A DNA stretch of 64,000 nt from Epiperipatus broadwayi (GCA_028023455.1 JAQFVV010000004.1:11966001-12030000); one strand, 5' to 3'. Numbered from the stretch's first letter, positions 36,454 to 49,330 are shown. Notes: generated by a model not told the origin, from the sequence alone. Made by a program: numbers and translations.

Positions 36454-39400
36454 TTTTACTTATATTATAAAGTGGGTGGTGATGAGATTCGTTTAACACT
36501 GTCTTACATTAGTGCAATTCATCATGCTTTTTTTTATCAGCAGTTTTTTTGGTAAATTGTCATAATAATAAAACAGAACGTGATGCAATGAATTATTTCC
36601 AAAGGTGTGGGATTCTACCCTCCTGAAAAGTGTGTGTTAATGGTCATTATATGATTACATGCAGCCAACATAAATAAAGTGTAAATATTGTTTTTTTTTT
36701 TCTTTTCATTTTTCTGTTAATAAGTTAATCTGAAAAAAAAAAAAGAAACTGTAAATATTGTAATTAATTTTTTCACAATGATTTTTTTAAAATAATAAAA
36801 AATAAAATGTTAACATTAATTACATTTCCTATGAGGTATTTCTTTGTAACTCCCCCCCCCCCCCCCGAAACTGTAGATTTATCAAAAAATATGGGCTGCC
36901 ATCTTAGTTTACAGGAAAACTCTTAATTACAAAAAAAAAAAAAAACTAGGTAAAGATGGACTTTGCTGACTGCTGAATAAAATAATAAGGTAAGGTAATT
37001 GTATCAAAGTCATTTTTAATGTATAACCATTTTACAACTTTATTTAAATTTTAAAGTGAACTTTCTTTTTGCCTAAAGTCTCATATTATTATTTATTTCT
37101 TCATCTAATTCTTGGTTAACATTTTTTTTATTATTATTCATTTTGAATTAACATTATTATGTAAATTATATTTAATGAATTCAATTCTATTATATTTTGA
37201 GATTTTGGAATGGCAAAGTGAGGTGTGTAAGAGCTAAACTTCACAGCTAATTGTTCATTTTAATGTGTTTAATAAGAATCAATAGTTTAGCAGCTATAAA
37301 TCCTCCTCCTTATGCTTAGTTAAATTATTAATGTTTGAAAGATAAGCTAATTTATACAAAACTGGACTAAAAATAAATTGGAATATACAAATCAATGGGA
37401 ATTATTATTCGAAATTGATATTTATGAATACTATCGGATTTTAAATATTTTATTAGAACCAATATTAAAAAGAAAAAGAAAACTAAGGGATTTAGCGATA
37501 GCCTGTTGAAACTAAAGCTGAAATGTGCTTTTGTTTTATTACTTTGAGTAGACTTGATTCATTAATTAAAAGTTTTGAAACTGATTCTAGTTATAGTACA
37601 ATATATATATGTTGTAGATTCATTTATATACATATAAGATATTGACGTTGTTATACAAAGTAATGTACGTTCAAATTTTATGTACCTTATTCTAACATAT
37701 ATTTTGAGCACACTTTCACTTTATTGATGATTCACTCTTCCAGTCTTTAGATTTTGAAATAAATTTTTATTAGATTTAGTAATAATATATGTTACTATAT
37801 CTTTTGAACGCATTTAATTATTGATTTTTACAACGATGCTCGTCTGGTTCCTTATGAATAGGTATTGTTAAGAATATTAAAAATGTGCAATATTCATAAA
37901 AGTGACTATTTTAAGCTTTCTTAATTAAAGTCTGTGCTAGCATTATTGCTAAATAATAAGTTCTGATATAATATATACATGTGTATACTTACCGATCTTA
38001 GTTTTAATATGCATAACTAATTAATTTTTTAAATAAAACGACTAATATTATGAATAGACTATTTCAATTTTGTCCATAATAACATCCAGATATATATATA
38101 TTATTTATGTGTATACATGACATAAAGTTATAGAATTTTAATTCCTTGACATAATTTTATTTTATAAAGATTAAATACATTTTAATTTATCCAAGTTGAT
38201 TTTAAAATAATAACTAAGAATATTTATGGTGAATATTATAATATTGCTTTAATAATGAATGAATTTATAATACATTTTTGATACTTGTTTGTTTTAATAT
38301 GATCTCTTTTTAGTAATCATTACTGTTACTGTACCATCATATGCTATGGCCAACTGAATATTTCAAGAAGTCTCTAGGATTTCCATAATCTATTGGACAT
38401 AGGTTAAATTGCTAGTAGTGATTGAAGGTTTTATATGAATCTATGGTTATATGTCACTCACCATTAAATTGTAATTTTCCTATATAAATATCAGTATTTA
38501 AACACCCAATGAAGGCTAAATATTAAATTTTACCTATCATAAATAGGAGTAAAAAATTCTAGATGGTAAATCTAATGGTATCATCTGATCATGGATGTTG
38601 GTCATAATCCTGCACAGGAAGCTATGCTGCCGCCCCCACCGCCATCACCACCACTATTATTATTATTATTATTTTTAACAAAAGCAGTTCAATAATGTAT
38701 GAATGATTTAAACTATTTAATGAAATAATTTGAAAGAACTAAAATAATTTTGCTAGAAGAATATTATGATCAGTTTTGTCAAAGGCTTTAAGTAAGTCAA
38801 AATAAGTGACATCATGCCTGCTCTAAAAATTTTTATGGCATGAACAATGTAATCAGAGAGGATAAAGAGATTGGTTTCAATTGAATTATTGGGTTAAAAA
38901 CATACTGATTTGCAAATTTACTAATATCTAAGATAATTTTTGTCACAAGTATTATCATTCAATTATTTTAGCAAATGTATGTAAGATTGAAATAGATCTA
39001 TAATTGCAAGTTAATTTTTTAAAGCCATTTTTATAACAAAAAAAATCTTTGCCATTTTCAGGATTGTAGAGAAGTTGGCATTTTTTTTATAAGATAATTA
39101 AAAATATGACATAGACAAGAGGCAATAAATTTGAATATTCTTCACATATGAAAGAAAAAATTTATCTGGACCTAAAATAGAATCTAATGTGAACTTTTTA
39201 ATGAAGATATGATATCAGATTCAAAAAGGGAACCAATGGTTATTTTTTATATAGAAGAAATATTGAAAATATTAGATGTGTAATGACATTGAATTAGATT
39301 GGTGATCTCAAAAAAATATTTAGCAAAATTATCTATCTTCAAAATAGGGTTAATATAATGCTGTATTTCCCTTTAAATTAATCCAAAGTCTTTAATTAGG

Positions 39401-41109
39401 TACCAGAATTTTTTGGAACTATATGAAATATTTAACTCCACGTTTTATATTATTTTTTTCATAATCTGCCTTGTAAAAGATTTTGGATAAAATCTTTTAA
39501 AATTAATAAAGTTATTATAAAAAAAACATTTTTTGTTCTGAGATATTGTCTAAAATGATATGTTTTTTTTTAATTCTAAAAGACTTACTGAGAACTGAAG
39601 ATGAAAATGATTGAGATAATTTTTGGCAGAATATAAGAATTGAATAGGTTATCAACTGCAAATATAATAAAATTTAATATCAAAATTAACACCAGAAAAA
39701 TTGTAGAGAAGATTCCAAACAAATCTCTACTTCTGTAATTCCTTCTAGTAAATCAAAAGGAAATAAACTTAGAGCAGTGAATTTTTACATGAAATTCAAT
39801 TCAGAGAATGATGGAGATCTTAGAAAAGAGTAAAAGAAAAAAGTTATAAAATTACAATTGCAAAAAAATGCAATCTAATGTTTGGTGTTTACAATTGGTA
39901 ATAGCATTATATTGTATGAGGTTTAATAAATTAATGAATTACAACATCCTAGAGGCTTTTAAGATTAGAACTGGAGAGATAGGGTTACCAAAATACAGAG
40001 TAAGAATATTAAAGTCACCAATAATAATGATGTGGAAGTCATGTGAAATTAAAAAAAATCATCAAAGGAATATAATAGTTCATTCAATTCAGACAGGAAA
40101 GATATTAAGTGTTATGTATGTACAGTCTAAAATAATTTTGTAGCTACTATTTAATATGACTTCTTACTAAGTAGATTTACATAAATGAGAAAGCACAGAG
40201 ATGGATTTACATGCCAAATTTTGTTTAATTGCTATAAGTGTATCATCACTTCTGGAACCAATTTATGTAAATCTATGACAATACAAACTTATAATTATTA
40301 TCCCCCCCCCCCTTTCACTGTTAATAAAACTTATAATTTATTATCTATCAATATTTGATTCTTTATATTATTGTAAGCCATGTTCCAGACATAAATATAA
40401 AATTCAAAATTTTCTGTTATTCATAATAGATTTTTTTAAAAAAAAGATTGAGATTACAAAAAAAAAACAAAAAAAACAGAAACTTAAACAAAAAAATAAA
40501 AAAGTATAGAGTGGAACAGGTATAATAAGAAGTGAAAAAAATGGAAGATATTAAACAAAAAAATAGTTAAAAAAGAAGCTAAAAAATATTATGCTGTTAG
40601 TCTTAATATATTGAATAAATCACCATTAAAAAGACAATTGATGTATCATGAGAAATTAAATCCCAATGTTGGATGAGGTATAAAAATGTAAAAAGGTGTA
40701 AGATTTGATGTTATTTTGTAACATATAACTGCTGTTTTTAAACTATTCACCAGACATTTTTTTTTAAGTCAAATGATTTAGTATTAGGAGGGTAATTGGA
40801 GACAAGTTATCTATTACCTTTGTTTCTAGTATTAAATAAAAGCAGACTATATTTAGGGGTCCTGCTGTAACTTGAAGGACTTTTAAAAGATTGAGAATGA
40901 ACATTTTTCTGAGATTTACTGAAATTAAAATTTTTATCTAAATATATCTGATTATACCAAGATAGGAGAATATCATAATGATTTTTGACACAGGTAGTAA
41001 TTAATATGATGATGTGATATAAAATCAGACTTATATCTAGTAAATAGTCAAAATAAGAGTCATAGATCAATTCATAGATCACATGACCCTATCTCTTAAG
41101 CTTGTAAGT

Positions 41110-41190
41110 TATAAACAGTGAGGATTGCCAATTCCTCTACAAGCTTTATCATAAAGCTTGTAGAGGAATTGGCAATCCTCACTGTTTATA
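41110..41190. repeat. Perfect palindrome, 40-bp arms and 1-nt spacer
   Basis: tataaacagtgaggattgccaattcctctacaagctttat c ataaagcttgtagaggaattggcaatcctcactgtttata. Confidence 0.95.
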
Positions 41191-43344
41191 TCTAGTAATT
41201 TTCTTATAGTTATGATTGGGTTTTATTAATCACTTATATATTGTGGTTTTGAAAAATTTAGAATGAATTTTATCACTATCATAATCTCTGGTGAAATCAA
41301 CCTTCACACAGTGAATGGATTTATTACTATTCTGATGGAACAAATGAGCATTTGGATTAGGGGTGGTATAATCATCCAAAAATGTATATATTTTTCTTCT
41401 GATGTATTTTCAAAATAAAAAATAGATTCCATTTTGAATGAGAATTTTCAGCAATACAAATTGGAATTACATTCTCTTAAATAATAAAGAGATAAGTACT
41501 ATGTATCAGTTATCTCATCAATGAGATAGTGAGGGGCAATAGGGTCATTATTTAAATATATGTAATGTGATAATTTATTAAATGTATCAACAAAAGCTTT
41601 ATTACATTCAGTTCCAAAGAGAATGAGAACATTATTTCTGATACAGTTAATATCTATCAAAATATTTTTTGAACACAATACAAGGTGGGATAATCAGTAT
41701 AAATATATTTATTGGGAATTAAAATGGTATATTGATTATCACAATCTTTGTATAAAACACTACTGTTATGTCTTTGTGAAAAATATAGAGCAAAGCATTT
41801 ACAGTGCTGAAACATTTCGATTAGTATTTTATGTAAATAAGTGAAAGGAATGGATTGTAGATTATCCAAAGTAAATTTAAAGGGATGTTGAACAAATGTT
41901 GTCAATAACAATATTTAATGTGCAGTAATTATTGTGACACAAAGAATTGCCTTTGGAAATAGTCAGTGTATTAAATAAAATTTAATCTACAAAGTGATGA
42001 ACATCAATAAGAAATTGAGAGTTATTAATTGATTGGTATTATCCAAACAGCAATTATGAAATATATTTTGTCCAACAAGAATTGAGATGTTATTACAGTT
42101 TATTACTACCCTACTGTGTGAAATATTTTAGCATCCATTTTATTTAGCTCCAAAGAAGAGAAATGATAATAACCTTAACAATTACCAGAACATTTGAAAC
42201 ATAATGTAATATTCACAATTTTGTAAAACAAGGATTAAATGAATTTGACTGTAATGATAATGATGATAATGATAACAAAGCAATGATAAGCATTAGTGTT
42301 ACTTGATTACAATTTTGAAATAATATCTTCTTTTATTTTCCTTATTGACCTAAGACTTTCTAGCAATTTTCACTAAAATCTGATGATAACAGCAAATATT
42401 TTTTATTCTTATTTAAAGATTTAAATGATAAGGAAGTATTGCAATTGATTTAGTTCGTCGTGCAGCAACAATTAATTAGGATTGAAGCTATGCGTTGTTT
42501 TTCAGTGCGTTAGTAAACTTACTTTTGGAATTATTGTAGAAACTTTAAAAGTATCATTCTAGTCAACAAAACCAATTGCGTTATAAATTCTACATAAAAA
42601 AATTGCATTAAGAATTGATAAATGAAGTGCCTTTGCCTTTACTATCATTCCAAGAAAGGGATTATAAAAAAATAAGTCCTATGTAAGTATTCACTTAATT
42701 GGCAGTTAATTTTAAATGAATATGATGTTCATCGTAATTACAGACAAAAAAAAATAATAGAATTAACGATAATCAGTCTGCGAATCATAAAAACATTTAC
42801 ATATATCATTTTCTGGTTTAATTATCTATTTATATGACATTTTAAATACTATCTATTAAATTCTTTTTGCGGCAAACTTTTAATTCTGATGGACTTCAAT
42901 ATTTTGTTATTAAATTGCATCTCTAAATTGTATTTTATCCTCAATATTATACCAATGAATGCAATAAATATTACATCATGAATATCAGATAATGTTTATA
43001 CTGCATAATCTATCCCACAAAATTCATATTTAAAATTATCACAATACTCTTTTATGAAGCTTGTTACATTTCATTTCTTTTATAAAATCCACATATAAAC
43101 CATTGATTAGATTCCAATATTAGTAAAGTAAAACACATATAGATTGATCTCATGATTTCATTTACTGTCTGATTAGTATCTTACAAAACATCATTAATAT
43201 TTAAATACAAGTATAGTGGATTTAAACTCAAAACTTTCAAGCTCCCTTCAGCTATAAATGACTGAAGAGTTAGAGGGTGGAATAGATTGAAACCTGTTCA
43301 TTAATGTTTAAAGATTTGCTACCTTAATATAAACAGATTTTTGA

Positions 43345-43515
43345 TTACACATGTGTGTGGGAGATGATCTGGACTAACTGATGAGTGCTGGTTCAGCACG
43401 AAATACGTATAGTGGAGATCATTTATCTTTTTCACATGTGTGGTTATGTGTATCAGTTGTATGAGATAGAATGGATAGCTAAAAAGAATTTGAAAATCTG
43501 TGTTCAAATCCCCTA
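43345..43515 (+). mobile_element. Family B HHR element, truncated; HHR at 43374-43415
   Basis: CUGAUGA-GUGCUG guu CAGCAC-GAAA-U acgu AU-A, with a canonical G-C closing pair of stem II. Stem I is weakened (cuaa/gugg). Confidence 0.85.
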
Positions 43516-44507
43516 TAAAAACATCATTAAATAAAAAAAAATTTTCAGTGCCATTATATTAAGTTGATTAAAATTTCATATCTTATTTCAATATACTAAA
43601 TTGAATAGCCGTAACAGCTTTATCCACAAATAATTCATTTGAAGCATTATGTCGATCATATATGTATATAAATTATAAAACAACATTATCATTTTCAAAA
43701 TAATTATTTTTTTTTGTTAAATAACTTTTAGCTAATTAAGCATTCTTTTTATTGCAATTTAATTAAAATTCAATATGTGCATAGTGTTGTGACAGCTCCC
43801 TATGGAAATATTCTTAATGTTTATGCAAATATTTATTTTTTAATAAAGTTTTTACTTGAACAAAACAAATTATTTTATGATTATTGACACTATTCAAATA
43901 TTATTGCAAGTTTTAAAAAATGCGGAAGTATAGAGACTTTCCATTATTTTGCAATAATTAATGAATATAATATCATAAAAATAGACCAAATATAATTATT
44001 TAAAAAATGAAAAGATCCACTCTTTAAAGATAAAACATTTATTGTACATATGTATATTCATAACATATTTATCATCAAAAGCCAGTAAAGAAGTATAGTC
44101 ATTGTAACTCAAAAAGAAGTCAATGAATAAGAGAGTTAAGGTGAATTTTGTCATCTCCATGATTCACCGGAAAGCAAAAAATACTATTCATATGTGACAT
44201 GATGGACTTTAATTAAGTGAAATTGTTGATACCTTAAAATACTGCCTTACTTTTTTTTGATACCTTGTTTAATAATATCTTTGTGTTATATTCTATTGTC
44301 ATTCATATGTTTCAAGGGAAAGCAGTCAATTTTATGTCAGATATCCAAATCTTCTACTATTTTTGTATATCTTCTATTAAATCTTAAAAAAAAAACAGCA
44401 CATTATAATGCACTTTTTTATAATGCTTTATTTAGTTTATATATACAAATTAAAAAGCGTATGCAACACTTGAACGAGAAGCTATACCGATTCCAAAAAT
44501 TATTATG

Positions 44508-44548
44508 CGCTAAGCGCTTTCGAGGCCATTTGCCTCATATTCATAGCG
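44508..44548 (-). ncRNA. Hammerhead-like motif with variant core AUGAAUA (A3-U8)
   Basis: cgcu-AUGAAUA-U-GAGGC aaaug GCCUC-GAAA-G cg CU-U-agcg: perfect stems I and II, palindromic AGCGCU stem III, CpGs intact. Confidence 0.65.
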
Positions 44549-45557
44549 GTAAATATCTTTAAATTTTTAAATGATGAAATTTATTAAGTGTATGCATAAT
44601 ATGTTTAAAATATTTATAAATAACGATAAAATATATATGTATGTATATAAGATATTAAATGTAACCATTTTATATTTACATAAAAGATAATTATAATACA
44701 ATTGTTTTTGCAGATCTGAAGATGATTGCTAACTTAGTTGAAACTGAGAGTGTTGGTTTCTAAAGATTTAAAAGTTACAGTCTTTGGAAAAATCTTAATA
44801 CAGTACTATAAATCAAGTATGTCTTTCTCACTAAAACAATGTGCAGGTGCAGAATAAAATATTAATGTGATTGTTTTGCATGCTTAACATTTTATGGGAT
44901 ATCTTTAAATGAAAACTTTCCATTGTATGTATATTATGATGATAAGAAGCTTCATGTAACACATCCATACATTAGATTTGGAAAAAAATAATCCAAATAC
45001 AATTAATCTACATAAAGTAATTATATTGTTATGATAAAATACTCTTTTAATTTCTTAAAATTCAGCACTATCACAGTGGATTCTGTTTTCATTTCAACAT
45101 CTGAATCTGCCATTTCTATGTAAAGAGCAATATACCAATATAAAAGCTGAAGCTTTTGATTTCATCACTGGTTTCTAGCTCTTAAGTATTAATTATGCAA
45201 TACTCTATAAATTTTACAAGCAACAAAAGTATCCTTACAGTTTTATCATCTTGTTTAAAATGGCACTGGTATGCAGGTTTGTTTACCTTCTATATAATTA
45301 AGTATTAATTATAAATATTAATAAATAAAACAGTTTTTGAAAGATTGAATTAAATCTAGAACCCAATAAAATGAAATTCTCATTTTTGATTTTAATAAGT
45401 TCAACTTAAAAATTCAATCAAAACATTATTACATCCAATGACTACCTCACAAACTACAAATTATTCCAAAGACAACTACCATAGAGGTGAAAGTACATAT
45501 TCCTGTTTAACTCAAATCCTCATTTCAAATGCATCACATTTTCTACCATGAATACAA

Positions 45558-45893
45558 GCACTTTCTTTCATTCTACCATATAGAAGATGTTTACCTTATA
45601 ATACAAAATCATCTATGCACTTTATTACTGTTACACAATGCTTTACAGTTTACAGTTTTGATTGCCTCAACAATCTTCTCCAGAACTTTTATGTCTCCTA
45701 ATTTTAACTGCTAAATTCAAATTCAAATTTAGCAGTTGAAGTTAGGAGATACAAAAGTTCTGAAGAAGATTGCTGGGGCAATCGAAACTGTAAACCATAA
45801 AAGAGGGTGGTAAATAAAGCATTGTGTAACAGTAGTAAAGTGAATGGATGATTTAATATTATATGGTATACATTTGGCAATACAATAAGAAAG
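45558..45893. mobile_element. Fold-back element with intact HHR core at 45757-45795
   Basis: Arms meet at ctgctaaatt caaattca aatttagcag. Right arm reads gtt-CTGAAGA-A-GATTGC tggg GCAATC-GAAAC-t-GTA-aac. Outer boundaries approximate. Confidence 0.8.
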
Positions 45894-46449
45894 AGTAGTT
45901 AATATACTTCTTGTAGATGTTTAACATGAGCAAACTTTATCTGGAAAATAAATTTCAATGAATATCAAACCTTTTCTATTATGTAAATTATATTCCTTGA
46001 CTAAATCTGTGAAACCAACTATATTATATATTTTATCACTACAATTTTCTTGCATTTATACATAAAAAGTTACCATAACTACAAGGCTTCTTGTTTCATC
46101 AAAATTACATTCAGTCTCAGGTCTGAAATTGACTAATTAGTATTTTATTCTAGATTATAATGATAACAAATATTTTCCAAAATAGTTATTGCAGAATTTT
46201 TTCTGTATTTTCTCTAAGATCTTTTTCTCATTCTATCTTCAATTTATTATATTATTTCACTATATTCAATAACATTTGCACAAGACCCAATTATAATAAT
46301 TCTTTCATTATCAATAATTTCCTTGTATTAATTTTAACTTGGGATTGTGTGTTTGTGTAACCATATTTCTAACCTTTAATTTCATGCTCAGCAATTCTGA
46401 ACTGAAATCTTATATATATATAAGCATTTATATTTAGAAAGTATTTATT

Positions 46450-46739
46450 TCACTAGATGAAGCTTACCAATAGCTCTGATCAAGCTTTATTTTATAAGTG
46501 CCAAAAGAGAAAGAATTCAAAATCTCTATCGTAAATCCCTATCTCCAGACCAATTGGTTTCAAGCTTGTGGCTTATCTCGGTGGAGCACTGGGACTCTAG
46601 CACTCCACTGAGGTGAGCCACAAGCTCGAAACCAATTGGTCTGGAGAAAGGGATTTACGATAGAGATTTTTAATTCTTTCTCTTTCGGCATGTATAAAAT
46701 AAAGCTTGATTAGAGCTATTGGCAAGCTCCATCTAGTGA
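46450..46739. mobile_element. Fold-back element with HHR-topology motif at 46603-46646
   Basis: ~135-bp arms with a ~16-nt spacer. ctcca-CTGAGGT-GAGC cacaa GCTC-GAAAC caattg GTC-tggag has stems I, II and III all perfect, but position 9 is U instead of A. Confidence 0.85.
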
Positions 46740-47249
46740 TCATAAAATGCAAGCTTAAAAGAAAGTTATGAAATTTATAACTTGTTTTAATTATTAAAGT
46801 ATTTATTTGTATATACATTTATATTGAGAAAGTACTTATCTGTATTAGCTTGACTAATATCAAGATCTCATTTAGCTTCTGAATTAAAATTCCAAAATTA
46901 CTACTTTCACTTTACATAGCTAACGTTCAAATGATTTTAGACATTGGTCTCTGTTGTAGTATAATTTATTCTCTAAAACGACATTGATTCAGATAACCAA
47001 TCACTCATGTATGTTTGAAAAAAATGTATTCATAGAAGTATTTTTAGTTCTAAAGTAAATTGTATTGGTTATACAGAATGAAGTATATTACATGTAATTG
47101 TAAATACAGATAATTGTTATATAAGTAATTTCAATACAATTCGAATATAAAATGAAAAAAAATAGAAAAAGTACATCGTATTTAAAATATAAAATATTTA
47201 GTGCTAAAATATTACTATTATATTTAATTAAACAAAAAAGAAAAAATGA

Positions 47250-47990
47250 TGATATATATTAGATAGATTGTATAACCAAAGAGCAACTAAAAAAGAATGG
47301 CATTAACCGTTAGATATCATGTCTGGCAAATAATCTGGGAGATCTTTACTGCATTGGTTTATTTACTTTACTTTGTACTATTATGTGCATGTTTAGATCA
47401 AAAACTAGAATGAGGTTGGTTGAACTGTTTGAGTTCTCTAAATATGCTTTGTGTTAGTAATAACCATAAGTTTTTGATGTATTATTATGCTCGCAATAAG
47501 AGTTCTTTGTTTTTTAATATGAAAAATGGAAGAGGGGGTTTCTTCTTGTAGTGCACTGTTTTTTGAAATTTTGTTAGATTTTCATCTTCTTGGAGCTTTT
47601 TTCTTTGTATCCATTTCTGTCAGGAAAGTTCTTTGCTTCTGAGACAATGGAGTAATGTTAGTGATATTTAGCCTTGGTTCAACTCTGTTTAATAGATGAA
47701 ATGTTTTCATTTGATTAGTATATATTTGTTTATCTAGTGGTGTGCATAAGATTTTTGAATATTTCTTGTTAAAAACATCATTTTGTTCTGAGTGACATTG
47801 TACTTTTTTTTTAACTGCCTCTGTCAGAAAATTTTTTCTTTTGCCTTTTTTTTTAAAATTTTTCTCTACTTTTTGGAAAAATTATTCTTCATCTGAAGTG
47901 GAAATATAATCTCCATGTACAATATCCATGGTACACCAGTTCTTATCCCAGTGTAAAGTTTCTAATGTATTTGTTGTACAATACTGGAGA
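47250..47990 (-). mobile_element. Possible degenerate Jockey/I-type LINE ORF1 remnant
   Basis: Broken minus frames read ..VHYKKKPPLPFFILKNKELLL.. and ..KDLPDYLPDMISNG, loosely like the PPPIF / VIKGLP pre-C2HC region. Confidence 0.3.
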
Positions 47991-48448
47991 AATTATTAAT
48001 TAATAGCTCTACCAATTATACTACTTCAAAGAAAATGAATTCATTTTAGGTTAAAGTAAGTTATCTCATATTGACCAACATGGATGGAAGGCTTGTAGAT
48101 ACCAAAGCTTTGGTGGAATCTTATTGTTCTACCTTATTATGCTGTTTGAGGCATCATTGGTGAGATCTAGTATATTTGACTCTGCATTGCTTACAGTATT
48201 GATCTGTCATATTTTAATAAAATGGTATCTAAATTTAAAAAAGCAGTAAAGAAAGATGTCTGCAAATATAAAGATGGGTGGAGGCAATCATAGAGAAAAA
48301 AGTGGATATATTCTAGAATTGGAATATTTATGTTAAAGATATCAAAGATTAGTAGTGGTGAATAGGACAGACACTATAACTTCCCTTTCTAGTAGACATG
48401 TGAAATAATTGTTTCTTCTATACCTAATATTGTTGCAAATCATAATTT

Positions 48449-49330
48449 GTGAAATTAATGTGTGTTCAATTTCTAGATCTTAAGATAACTAGAAACAGAG
48501 ATAAACTGGATTACTATATGACTATTATACTAACAGCAAAAAGAGGTTACATTTCATATAAATCAAGAGTACCGATGTCACATAAAATGGCAGGTTTGAA
48601 GTCCTTCTTGTTTAGAAATGATAATCTTTGTAAATATTCATCGGATAAAGGCAAAAATATTGAAATGTATTCTAATGAATTGTTAAATGTTGGATATAAT
48701 TATGATCATATTTATTATACTATTAAAAATTTTAATTTGAAATATAAAAATAAGATTAATAATGATGTTAATTCTTCTGATAATAAAATTTGGATGTCAA
48801 TACCATATATTTTGAATCAATAGGAAAATTTCATAAAGAAAATTTATAAAGATATATGTGACATTGCATTTTATGCACCACCTACATTAAATAAATTAAT
48901 AAATAACTGTAAAGATAAAACTTTATTTACAAATAAAAATGGTATCATTTATAAATGGATGTGTAGGTGTGGTAGTGGATATATAGGTGAGTTGAGATGC
49001 ACATTGGAGAAAAGAACAAAACAGCACTTGTTGTTATTAAAAAGAGTTCAAAATTCAAAACAAAATTCTAAAGATAATGATAATTTATCAGCTTCTGTTT
49101 TTTATGACCATAATAAATCATATATATATATATGGTTTTGATTTTAATTATAATAATGCAAAAATATTGCAAACTGAAAGAAATAATAAAAGAAAAATCA
49201 AGGAAGCTATGTTAATATATAAATACAAGCAAGACTTAATTAAACAATAGACAGGCAGCAAACATTAAAATCACAGAATTATGGGAAATTAACTGACAAA
49301 GATTACAAGGATAGTTGAAAGCACTCCTAA
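48449..49330 (+). mobile_element. Penelope-like element, 5'-truncated (RT thumb + GIY-YIG + HHR relic)
   Basis: FLDLKITR..YISYKSRVPMSHKMAGLKSFLFR (PLE RT C-terminus) and NGIIYKWMCRCGSGYIGELRCTLEKRTKQH (GIY-YIG). Relic CTGACAA-A-GATTA caagga TAGTT-GAAAGCACTC at 49293-49326. Confidence 0.88.

Larger units (their letters stand above)
35732..36922. mobile_element. MITE family C, copy interrupted by a family B element
   Basis: TIR ttgtgagttttcctgtaaaccaag..gataaat and its inverse. Collinear with 52783-53456 once 35931-36466 is removed. Confidence 0.88.

Noticed and set aside
37202-37217. Micro-exon reading DFGMA (kinase DFG motif)
   Set aside because: Only 16 bp, with a weak gag acceptor, and no other kinase motifs found in the window.
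37990-42554. Several minus-strand micro-exon candidates (37990-38013, 38461-38478, ~40817-40936, 42519-42554; also 6784-6805)
   Set aside because: Splice-like signals are frequent by chance in AT-rich DNA; the phases do not chain into a recognisable protein.
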